DNA of 64,000 nt from an uncultured Gemmatimonadales bacterium (GTDB lineage Bacteria; Gemmatimonadota; Gemmatimonadetes; Longimicrobiales; Longimicrobiaceae): the NCBI GenBank assembly GCA_963716255.1, contig OY970303.1, positions 5,248,001 to 5,312,000 of the forward strand, in the 5' to 3' direction. This document shows positions 1 to 11,100 of the stretch, in pieces. A model generated the notes under the pieces. The model did not search any database, had not been told where the DNA came from, and saw nothing but the letters and a program-made list of their open reading frames with translations. Both the position numbers and the translations under genes were made by a program. How positions within the stretch are numbered: position 1 is the first letter of the stretch; the number at the start of each line of letters is the position of its first letter.

Positions 1-2195
1 GCGCCTCCCCGCCGAAGACGACGTGGCGCAGGCGCAGGGCGGACGGGTCGACGCCCGAGGCGAGGTCCGCCTGCACCAGCTGCTTGAAGGCGCTGGGCGT
101 CTGGCTCAGCATGGTCACCCCTTCGTCCGCCAGCAGCCGGTGGAAGTCCTCCGGCGAGCGGGTGGTGAGGAAGGGGACGACGACGAGGCGGCCGCCGTGC
201 AGTAGCGCGCCCCAGATCTCCCAGACCGAGAAGTCGAAGGCCGACGAGTGGAAGAGCGTCCACACGTCGTCCGGTGCGAAGCCGAACCACGCCTCGGTGG
301 CGTCGAAGAGTCGGACCACGTTGGCGTGCGTGATCTCCACCCCCTTCGGCTTTCCCGTCGATCCCGATGTGTAGATGACGTACGCCAGGGTGTCCGGCCC
401 CGCCTGCACGCCCGGGTTCTCGTTGCTCTCCTGGGCGATGGCGTCCGCGTCGGTGTCGACGCAGAGCGCCGCGCCCGTGAAGGCCGGGAGACGCGCGAGG
501 AGGCCGCTGGCGGTCACCAGCACCGGGATCTGCGCGTCCTCCAGGACGAAGGCGATGCGCTCCGCCGGGTAGGCGGGGTCGAGCGGGACGTACGCGCCGC
601 CCGCCTTGAGCACGGCGAGGATGGTGGCGACCAGTTCGGCCGAGCGCTCCAGCACGATCCCCACCCGCACCTCCGGGCCCACGCCCAGCGCGCGCAGCCG
701 GTGCGCCAGGCGGTTGGCGCGCTGGTTCAGCTCCCCGTACGTCGTCGTTGTGCCCGCGAAGGTGAGCGCGTGCGCGTCCGGCCGCTCCAGCGCCAGCGCC
801 TCGAAGCGCTGGTCGAGCCGCTCCGCGACGGGGAACGACCGGGTGGCGTGGCCCGCCGCCAGCAGCGCCCGCTCCTCCTCGCCCGCGAGCCTCAGCTCGG
901 AAAGGCGCAGGTCCGCGTCCCAGGCGACCTGCTCCAGCACCCGCTCCAGGTGCCGCGCCATGTGCCGGGTGGTGCCCGGCTCGAACAGGTCGGTGCTGTA
1001 GTTCAGCTCGCCGCGCAGGCCCTGGACGGTCGCCGTCAGGCCCAGCGACAGGTCGAACTTGGCGACCTCGAGCTGCGTTCCGACTTCCTGCACGCCGAGC
1101 CCCGCGAGCCCGCCGCCGGAGTCCCGGACGTTGTCCAGAGTGAACATCACCTGGAAGAGCGGCGAGTGGCTCAGGGAGCGCTCCGGGCTCAGCTCCGCCA
1201 CCAGCCTTTCGAAGGGCACCTCCTGGTGCTCGTACGCGCCCAGCGTCGCCTCCCGCACCCGCCCCAGCAGCTCGCGGAAGCTCGGATCGCCCGAGAGGTC
1301 GGTGCGCAGCACCAGCGTGTTGACGAAGAAGCCGATCAGCCCCATCACCTCGCCGAGCGTGCGTCCCGCGATGGGGCTGCCCACCACCACGTCCTCGCTG
1401 CCGCTGTACCTGCCCAGCAGCACCTGGAATGCGCCCAGCAGCACCATGTACAGCGTCGCCCCCTCGCTGCGCCCCAGGCCCTGCAGCCGCTCCAGCAGCT
1501 CCCGGGAGAGCTCCATGGGAACCGAGGCGCCCCGGTACGTCTGCACCGCGGGGCGGGGATGGTCGACCGGCAGCTCCAGCACCGCGGGTGCGTCCGCCAG
1601 GCGCTCCTTCCAGTACGCCAGCTGCCGATCCAGCACCTCGCCCGCCAGCTGCTCGCGCTGCCACAAGGCATAGTCGGCGTACTGGACCAGCAGCTCCGCG
1701 AGCGGCGACTCTTCGCCCTCGTGGTACGCCGCGTACAGCGCCGACAGCTCGCGGAAGAGCACGCCCATGCTCCAGCCGTCGCTGACGATGTGGTGCATGC
1801 ACAGCAGCAGCGCGTGCTCTTCCGTCCCCAGCCGCAGCAGCACCGCCCGGAACAGCGGTCCGGCAGACAGGTCGAAGGGGCGCGAGGCCTCCTCGCTCGC
1901 GCGCTGACTGAGCGCCGCCTCGCGATCGGCCTCGCCGAGCGCCGACAGGTCCTCCACCGGCAGGGCGAACCCGCCGAAGGGCGCGATCACCTGCACCGGA
2001 GATCCGTTCACCTCGGCGAACGTCGTCCGCAGCGCCTCGTGGCGCCGGACGATCTCGCCCAGGGCGCGCTCCAGCGCCGCCTCGTCCAGTGCCCCGGCCA
2101 GCCTCCGTGCCACCGGGATGTTGTAGAGCGCTCCCACCCCCTCCATCTGGTCCACCAGCCAGAGCCGCTCCTGCGCGAAGGAGAGCGGCAGCACC
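1..2195 (-). other. Module L9 C(LCL)-A (truncated by window), Thr-type
   Basis: LPLSFAQERLW, HHIVSDGWS; A: FDFSVWEIW, MLSQTP, VVFGGE (partial code DFWSVG). Confidence 0.78.
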
Positions 2196-5100
2196 TCCAT
2201 GCGCCCGGCTGGCGCCGCCGGCGGCAGCGCGGGCGCTCCCGCGCGCCGGATCTCCTCCACGTGCTCGGCCATAGCGGCCACCGTGGGCGCCTCGAACACA
2301 ACGCGGATGGGCAGCTCGGCCCCGAGCGCCTCCGCGACCCGCGAAACGAGCCGGTTCGCCACGAGTGAGTGCCCGCCCAGCTCGAAGAAGCCATCGTGCA
2401 CGCCGACCCGCTCCACCTGCAGCACGTCCGCCCAGATCCCGCAGAGCAGCTCCTCCGTGGCGCTGCGCGGCGCTACGTACTCCCCCGACGCCGCGAAGCC
2501 GGGCTCCGGCAGGGCACGGCGGTCCACCTTGCCGTTGGCCGTCACCGGCAGACGGTCCAGGACGACGAACGCCGCGGGGATCATGTGCTCCGGCAGCAGC
2601 TCCCGCAGGTGCACCCGCAGCTCGCCCGCCTGGAGATTCCCCCCCCCGTCGCCGACCACGTACGCCACCAGGCGCTTCTCCCCGGGCACGTCGAAGACGG
2701 CATCCTCCCGCGCGACCACGACCGCCTCCCGCACGCCCCCGGCCCCCAGGAGAACCGCCTCGACCTCCCCCGGCTCGACCCGCTGCCCGCGGATCTTCAC
2801 CTGGGCGTCCAGCCGCCCCATGAACTCCAGCGCCCCCGACGCGAGCCTCCTGAGCCTGTCCCCGGTCCGGTACATGCGCGCTCCCGGCTCCGCGGAGAAC
2901 GGGTCCGGGAGGAAGCGCTCCGCCGTCAGCGCCGGCCGCCCCAGGTAGCCGCGCGCCACACCCGGCCCGCCGATGTACAGCTCGCCGGGCACGCCGGTCG
3001 CGACCGGTCCGCCCCAGGCGTCCAGCACGTAGACGCGCGCGTCCGCGGCCGGCCACCCGACCGGCGGCGCCTCGGCGACGCCGGGCGGGCACGTGTACGA
3101 AGTGGCGAAGATGGTGGCCTCCGTGGGGCCGTAGATGTTCACCATCCGCCGCCCGGCCGACCAGCGCCCCGCAGCCCGGGCGGAGCAGCGGTCACCTCCC
3201 GAGGCGAGCGTCCGCAGCGCCGGGAGTTCGACGTCCGGCAGCGAGTCCAGCAGCGCCGGGGTGACCATCCAGGTGCTGATCTCCAGCTCCCGCAGCCGCG
3301 CCGCCAGCCGCTCCGGGGACAGCAGCGCTTCGCGGTCGGCGAAGTACAGCGCGGAGCCGGAGAGCAGGGCGGCGAACACGTCCAGCACCGAGACATCGAA
3401 GCTGACGGAGGAGGTCATCAGGACGCGCCCGCCCTGGCGGACGTCCAGCGTCTCCACGCTGCGCTGCAGCAGGTTGACGGCGGAGGCGTGCGTGACCACC
3501 ACTCCCTTGGGCGTCCCCGTGGAGCCGGAGGTGTAGATCACGTACGCGGCGTTGTCCCGCGACCCCGCGCACGCGGGCGGCTCGCCGGCCGGGGGGGCGT
3601 CCGGCGTCCGGTCCCGGTCCAGCGCAATGCGCTCGCCGGAGAACGTCGGGACGGGGTCCCCGGAGCGCGCGCCGGTGAGCAGCGCCGGTGCGCCGGCGTC
3701 CGCGAGCATGAACGCCAGCCTCTCGGCCGGGTAGGCGGGGTCCAGCGGCAGGTAGACGCCGCCCGCCTTGAGAATCCCCAGGAGGGCGAGGACCAGCTCG
3801 GGGGAGCGCTCCATGCACACGCCCACCGCCACCTCCGGCCCCACCCCGCGGCGCTGCAGGCGGCGGGCGAGCTGGTCGGCCCCGCGCTCCAGCTCGGCGT
3901 AGGTGAGCACCCGGCCGTCCGCGACCACCGCGGGGGAGTCGGGCGTCCGTGCGGCCTGTGCCGTGAACAGGTCGTGGAGGAGGGGTGTACCCCCTGCCGC
4001 GGCGGCGCTCCACGCCGCGAGCATCCGCGCCCGCTCGGCGTCACGCAGCAGCGACACCTCGGAGAGGCGCCGCCCCGGGTCGCCCGACAACCCTTCGAGC
4101 AGCGTCCCCAGCTGCTCCACCAGCCGCTCTGCGTCGTCCGGACCGCTGCGGGTCCGGTCGTAGTGCAGCGCGACGTGGAATCGCGACCCCGGCGTCACGA
4201 CCAGCGTGAGCGGGTAGTTCGTCTGCTCCACGCTCAGGCTGAGCCTCACCCGCAGCGCCTCGGCGCCGTCGGCCGCGGCCCGCTCCACCGGGAAGTTCTC
4301 GAAAACCACCAGGCTCTCGAAGAGCGCTTCGCCCGGGGGCATCTCGCTCCACCGCCGCACCTGCACCAGCGAGGCGTGCTCGTGCTCGCGCGCCCGCGCC
4401 TGGCGGTCCTGCAGCTGTGCCAGCCAGGCGCCGGCCTCCGCCTGCGGCGGCACGGGCACCCGCACCGGCAGGGTGTTGATGAACAGCCCCACCATCTCCT
4501 CCGCGCCAGGCAGGTCGGCGGGGCGGCCGGAGACGGTGGCCCCGAAGACCACGTCGTCCTCGCCCGCGTAGCGGGCCAGGAGGAGCGCCCACGCGCCCTG
4601 CACCAGCGTGTTCACGGTCAGCCCCCGCTCCCGCGACCGCTCCTGCAGCCGCTGAGACAGCGCCTCCGGCAGCTCGGCGACGTGGATCTCGTGCCGCGCT
4701 TCGCCGGAGCCGGCGCGGGGGAGCGGCAGCGGGGTGGTCGCGGCGAACCCGCGCAGCTCCTCGCGCCAGTGGCGCTCCGCCGCGCTCGCGTCCCGCGCCT
4801 CCAGCCAGGCCACGTACTCCCGGTATCGGGGCGCAGGGGGTAGCTGCGGCTCCTCGCTCCGGGCGTGCGCCCGGTAGAGCGCGAGTACGTCGCGGAAGAG
4901 CACGGACAGGCTCCACCCGTCCAGCACCAGGTGGTGGTGCGTCCACACCAGCTGGTGCTCCCGGTCGCCGACGCGGAGCAGCGCCACGCGCATCAGCGGG
5001 GGGCGCTCCAGGTCGAAGCCGCGTGCCCGCTCTGCCGCCGCGAGCTCCGCCAGCTCCGCCGCGACCAGACCCGGCCGGTCCTCCCGCCGGAACTCCAGCT

Positions 5101-8100
5101 CCACCGTCTCCCTCACCACCTGCAGCGGCCGCGGCAGCCCCCGCCAGGCGAACCCGGTGCGCAGCGCGGCGTGCCGCGCCACGGCGCCGCGCCACGCCCG
5201 CTCCACCGCCCCGGCGTCCAGCGGTCCCTCCAGCGCGAAGGCGAGCTGACCCACGTACACCCCCGACTCAGGGGCGTACTGGGAGTGGAAGAGCATCCCC
5301 TCGTGCATGGGGGTGGCGGGGTACACGTCCTCGATCCCCCGCTCCCCGCCCAGCAGCCGGTCGAGCGCCGCCTGGTCCAGCCCCGCCCGGGGGAAGTCGC
5401 TCGGCGTGTAGCCGGCCGCGTCCGTGCGGCGGCAGTGGGCGACCAGCTCCCGCAGCTCCTCCAGGTACCACGCGGCCAGCCGCCGTGCCGTTTCTTCCCG
5501 CAGGGTCGCCGCGCCGTAGCCAAGGGTGATCCTCAGGCACCCGCCGCTCACGACCCCGTTCACCTCCAGGCGGTGTGGCCGGACGCGCCGCGGGTCCTGG
5601 TGCGCGCCGCCGGACTCGGGCGCCAACCGGAGGAAGGTGTCCTGCGACACCGTCCGGTCCACCTGGCCCAGGTAGTTGAACGCCACCTCGGCCCGCGGCG
5701 CCGCGGCCAGCTCCGCGGCGCCGCCGCCGCCCATCCAGCGCAGCAGCCCGTAGCCGAGGCCGCGCCCCGGCACCGCGCGCAGCTGCTCCTTGACGGCCCG
5801 GAGCGCCTCGCCCGGGCCGCCGGCCGCCGGGAGCTCCAGCAGCACGGGATACAGGCTGGTGAACCACCCCACGGTGCGGGACAGGTCCACGCCCTCCAGG
5901 CGCTCCTCCTTGCGGCCGTGCCCCTCCAGCTCCACCCGCACCCGCCGCTCCCCGGTCCAGCGGGCCAGGGCGCGGACCAGCGCGCAGAGCAGCACCTCGT
6001 CGACGTGCGTGCGGTACGCCGCGGGGACCTCGCGCAGCAGCGCCTCCGTCTCATCCGCGCCCAGCTGCACGGCCACCGTCCGGCCGAGCCCCGCGGTGTC
6101 CTCCGCGCGGGGGGCGTCCAGCGGCAGCGCAGCCGCGGCGCCCCGTGCCCGCTCGGTCCAGTACGCGGCCTCCGCCAGGGTCTCCGGCGCGCCGGCGTGC
6201 TCCGCCAGCCGCTCCGCCCACGCCTTCCACGAGGTCGTCTTGGCCGGGAGCCGCACCGGCTCGCCTCGCTCCGCCTGCACGTACGCGGTCTCCAGGTCCT
6301 CCAGCAGGATGCGCCAGCTGACCCCGTCCACCACCAGGTGGTGGAGCGCCAGCAGCAACCGCCCCTCGTCGCGGGTGCGGAAGTGGGCGACCCGCAGCAC
6401 GGGGCCGCGCTCCAGGTCGAGGCCGGCCTGCACCCGGTCCACCGCCTCCGCCATTGCCCGGTCCCGGGCCGCGCCGTCCAGCCGCGCCAGGTCGATCGTC
6501 ACCAGCGGCGCGCGCTCGCCGGCGGGCGCGTGCTCCTGCGTCCAGCCGCCCCCGCCGCGGCGGAAGCGCAGGCGCAGCGCGTCGTGGTGCTCCACCAGCA
6601 CCGCGAGCGCCCGCTCCAGCAGCCGCGGCTCGAGAGCGCGCGGCGGCACCAGCAGCAGCGCCTGGTTGTAGTGGTGCGGCGCCGGCGGCTCCTGCGCGAA
6701 GAACCAGCGCTGGATCGGCGTCAGCGGCGCCGCCCCGGCCACCCGCCCCTGCTCCGCCACGACCGATGCCCCGGTCCCGGCCACCCGCGCCAGCTCGGCG
6801 ATCGTGGCGTGCTCGAAGAGCTGCCGCGGCAGCAGCTGCATCCCTGCGCGGCGCGCCGCCGTGGCCACCCGGATGGCAAGGATGGAGTCGCCGCCCAGCT
6901 CGAAGAAGCGCTCGTGGATCCCCACGCGCTCCACCCCCAGCACGGCGCTCCAGATCTCCACCAGCGCCCGCTCCTCGGCGTTCCGCGGCGCCGCCGGCTC
7001 GCGCCCGGAGGCGCGCTCCGCCGCGGGCGTGGGGAGCGCGGCCCGGTCCACCTTGCCGTTGGGCGTGAGGGGGAGCGCGTCCAGCGTCACGAAGGCGGTG
7101 GGCACCATGTACTCCGGCAGCAACTCGCGCAGCCGCGCCCTCAGCTCCTCCACGGGGGGCAGCCCCTCCGCGGCGCCGGCAAGGTAGGCCACCAGCCGCC
7201 GCTCGCCCGGCGCGTCCTCGCGCACCACCACCGCGCACTCCCGCACCCCCGGCTGCGCCAGCAGCACCGCCTCGACCTCCCCCAGCTCAATCCGGAACCC
7301 CCGCACCTTCACCTGCTCGTCCAGGCGCCCCAGGTACTCCAGCGCACCATCGGAGCGCCACCGCACCTTGTCCCCCGTCCGGTACAGCCGCCCTCCGGCT
7401 TCCCCTCCGAACGGGTTCGGTACGAAGCGATCCCCCGTCAGCTCCGCACGCCCCAGGTATCCCCGCGCCACCTGCACTCCCCCGATGTACAGCTCCCCCG
7501 CCACTCCCACCGGCACCGGCCCCAGCCCACGATCCAGCACGTACAGCTGCGTGTTCCACACCGGCCGCCCGATCGGCACCGCCGTCCTGCCCCCCTCCCG
7601 CTCGCACGCCCAGAAGCTCACGTCCACCGCCGCTTCCGTCGGCCCGTACAGGTTGTGCAGCCCCATCGGCGCCGCGAACCGCTCGTGGAAGCGCTCCACC
7701 AGCGCCACCGGCAGCGCCTCTCCGCTGCAGATGACCCGCTTCAGCGTCGCGCACCGCTCCGCATCGGCCGCCTCCACGAACGCCTGCAGCATCGAGGGCA
7801 CGAAGTGCAGTGTCGTCACTCCCCGCCTCTCGATCACCTCCTGCAGGTACGCCGGGTCGCGGTGCCCCTCCGGGCGCGCCATTACCAGACAGGCGCCCTG
7901 CTGCAGAGGCCAGAAGAACTCCCATACCGACACGTCGAAGCTGAAGGGCGTCTTCTGCAGCACCACGTCCTCCGCTCCCAGCCTGTACTCCGCCTGCATC
8001 CACGCCAGGCGGTTGACGATGCCCCGGTGCGCGCTCATCACGCCCTTGGGCCGTCCTGTGGACCCCGAGGTGTAGATCACGTATGCCAGGCCGTCGGGCG

Positions 8101-11100
8101 TGGCCCCGCCGTCGGGGTTCTCCACGGACTCGCCCGCCCGCTCCGCCCCCGAGACGTCCACCACCTCCGTTCCCTCCGGCACCGCCAGCGCGCCCCGCAG
8201 CTCCTCCTGCGTCAGCAGCACCGGCGCCCCGGAGTCGGACAGCATGTACGCCAGCCGCTCGGCCGGGTAGCCGGGGTCCAGCGGCACGTACGCCCCGCCG
8301 GCCTTGAGGATGCCCAGCAGCCCCACGACCATCTCCAGGCTCCGCTCCAGGCAGAGCCCCACCCGGACCTCCCGCCCCACCCCGAGGCGCCGCAGGTGGT
8401 GCGCGAGGCGGTTGGCCCGCGCGTTCAGCGCCCCGTAGCTCAGCGACTCCTCCTCGAAGACCACCGCCGCGGCGTCGGGCGTGCGCGCCGCCTGCGCCTC
8501 GAAGAGATGGTGGAGGCAGAGGTCGGATGGATACTCGGCCTCCGTCCGGTTCCACTCCTCCAGGAGCTGACGGCTCTCCCCCTCGAGCAGCAGCGGGATC
8601 TGCGCGAGCGGCGTATCCGGCGCGTCCACGGCGGCTTCCAGGAGCACGCGGAAGTGGTCCAGGAAGCGGTCCACGGTGGCGAGGTCGAACAGGTCGCTGT
8701 TGTACTCGGCCACGGCCGGGATGGCGAGGGCACCCCCCTCCGTGACCTGCAGCAACATGTCGAACTTGGCGGTGCCGCTGTCGCCCGTGGGGACGGCGCC
8801 GCCCCCCAGCGGGTGCATGGAGAGGCCCGAGGATTCTTCCGGTGGCGGACCGTAGTCGCCGGGAGCCTGGATCCCCAGCATCACCTGGATCAGCGGGTTG
8901 CGGCTGGGATCGCGCTCCGGCCGCACCTCGTCCAGGATCATCTGCAGCGGCAGCTCCGCGTGCGGGTAGGCCCCGGCCATGAACGTCCTCACCTGCCCCA
9001 GCACCTCGTCGAAGCGGAGCCGGGCGGAGGGGCGGGCGCGGACGGGAATGGTGTTGAGGAAGTAGCCGAGCAGGAGCTGCGTCTCCGGCCGCGGGCGGCT
9101 GGCGGCCAGGGAGCCCATGGCGAAGTCCTCCTGCCCCGTGTAGCGGAAGCAGAGCGCCTGGAAGGCGGCCACCAGCACCAGGTGGAAGGTCGTGCGCTCG
9201 CGCCGCGCCAGGGCACGGACGCGCTCCACCAGCTCGGCGCTCAGCTCGATGCCGCGCTTCCCGCCCCGGTAGCTCTGCACCGGCGGGCGGGGCCGGTCGG
9301 TGGGGAGCTCCAGTACCGGGGGCACTCCGCGCAGGCTCTCCCGCCAGAAGGCCAGGTGCTGCTGCAGGCGCTCGCCGGAAAGCTGCTCCCGCTGCCAGAC
9401 CGCGTAGTCCGCGTACTGGATGGGGAGCTCCGGGAGCGGCGAGGGCCTGCCGGAGGTGAATGCCTGGTACAGCACCCTCAGCTCGTAGAGGAACAGCCCC
9501 TCGGACCAGCCGTCCGTGACGATGTGGTGGGCCGTGATCAGGAGAGCGTGCAGTCCGGGCTCGAAGCGGAGGAGCCGGGCCCGCATGACGGGGCCGGTGG
9601 TCAGGTCCGTGGGACACCGCGCCTCCTCGTCGTGCCTCCTGCGGACGGTGGCCATGCGGTCCGCTTCCGGTATGCCGGAGAAGTCGTCGACCGGGAGGGG
9701 GACGTCGATGTGCGGACGCACGATCTGCACGGCTACACCGTCGACCTCGGCGTAGACGGTGCGGTAGACCTCGTGCCTGCGGACGATCTCCGCGAGCGCC
9801 CGCCTTGCGGCGCCCATGTCCAGCGGTCCCCGCAGCCAGCCCGCCATCGGCACGTTGTACATCGGGTTGCCGGGCTCCAGACGGTCCAGCATCCAGATGC
9901 GCTCCTGGCCGTAGGAGAGCGGCAGGGGCCCGGTGCGCGGTACCGGACGGATCGCGGCGGGCCCCGCCGCGTCCACGTCGTCGCGGAGCGCGGCCACCCG
10001 CTGCGCCATCCCGGCCACGGTCGGGACCTCGAACACGGCGTCCAGCGACACGTCCGCGCGGAACTCGCCCTGCACGCGCATGACCAGCTGTGTGGCCATC
10101 AGCGAGTGGCCGCCGAGCGAGAAGAAGTCGTCGTGCGCCCCGATGCGCTCGAAGCCGAGCAGGTCCTGCCACAGCTCCGCCATCCGCTCCTCCAGCTCCC
10201 CGGCGGGCGCGACGTAGCGGGTGCCCGTCTCCGGCCGCGGCTGCAGCCCCGGCAGCTTCCCGGGGGCGGCGGCGGGCGGGGCCGTGACGGCGGGGTCCCG
10301 CGGGACCGGGTCCGCGCCGGGCGAATCGTTGCCGGCCGCCGACGCGGCGGGCCGTGGCGCGCCGCGCCGGCGGGGCCGGCGCTCCACCCAGTACGGCTGC
10401 CGCTCGAACGGGTACGTCGGCAGCAGCGCGCGACGCCGGCGCTCTCCGGCCGTGAACCCGTCCCAGTCCATCCGCACCCCCGCGATCCACAGCCTCCCCA
10501 GCGTCTCCAGCAGGTACGCCTGGTCCGACTGCCGCGTGTAGGCGTGCCGCAGCGAGGCGAACACCGCCGCCTCCGCCGCTCCGCCGTGCAGCGCGAACGT
10601 CCCCAGCGTGCGCCCCGGCCCCACCTCCAGCAGCACCCTGCTCCCGTCCAGCAGCAGCTCGCTCATCCCCTCCGCGAAGCGAACCGTGCCGCACAGGTGC
10701 CGCGTCCAGTACTCCGGGTCCGTGGCTTCCTCCGGGCGGATCCACGTCCCCGTCACGTTGGAGACGAACGGGATCTCCGGCTCCGCCAGCCGCATGGCGC
10801 GCAGCCGCTCGGCCAGGCGCTCGGCCACCGGCTCCATCTCCGCGGAGTGGAAGGCGTGCTCCGCGACCAGCCGCCGGCACGCCACCCCCTCCTCCACCAG
10901 CTCCGCCTCCAGGGCGGCGACGGACTCCGCCGGGCCCGACACCGTGCACAGGCCCGACGCGTTGTGCGCGGCAAGCGCCAGCCCGTCGCGCAGCCGCGGC
11001 CCGAGGGCGGCCGGATCCATGGGCACGGCGAGCATGGCGCCGGCCGGAAGCCCGGAGATCAGCCGCGCCCGCTCGGCGAGCAGCGCCAGCGCGTCCTCCA

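Noticed and set aside
5905..5930. E-domain motif EGHGRK instead of EGHGRE as a sign of inactivity
   Set aside because: The catalytic His motif and the first Glu and Arg are intact; GGDS-type T and downstream DCL are consistent with an active E domain
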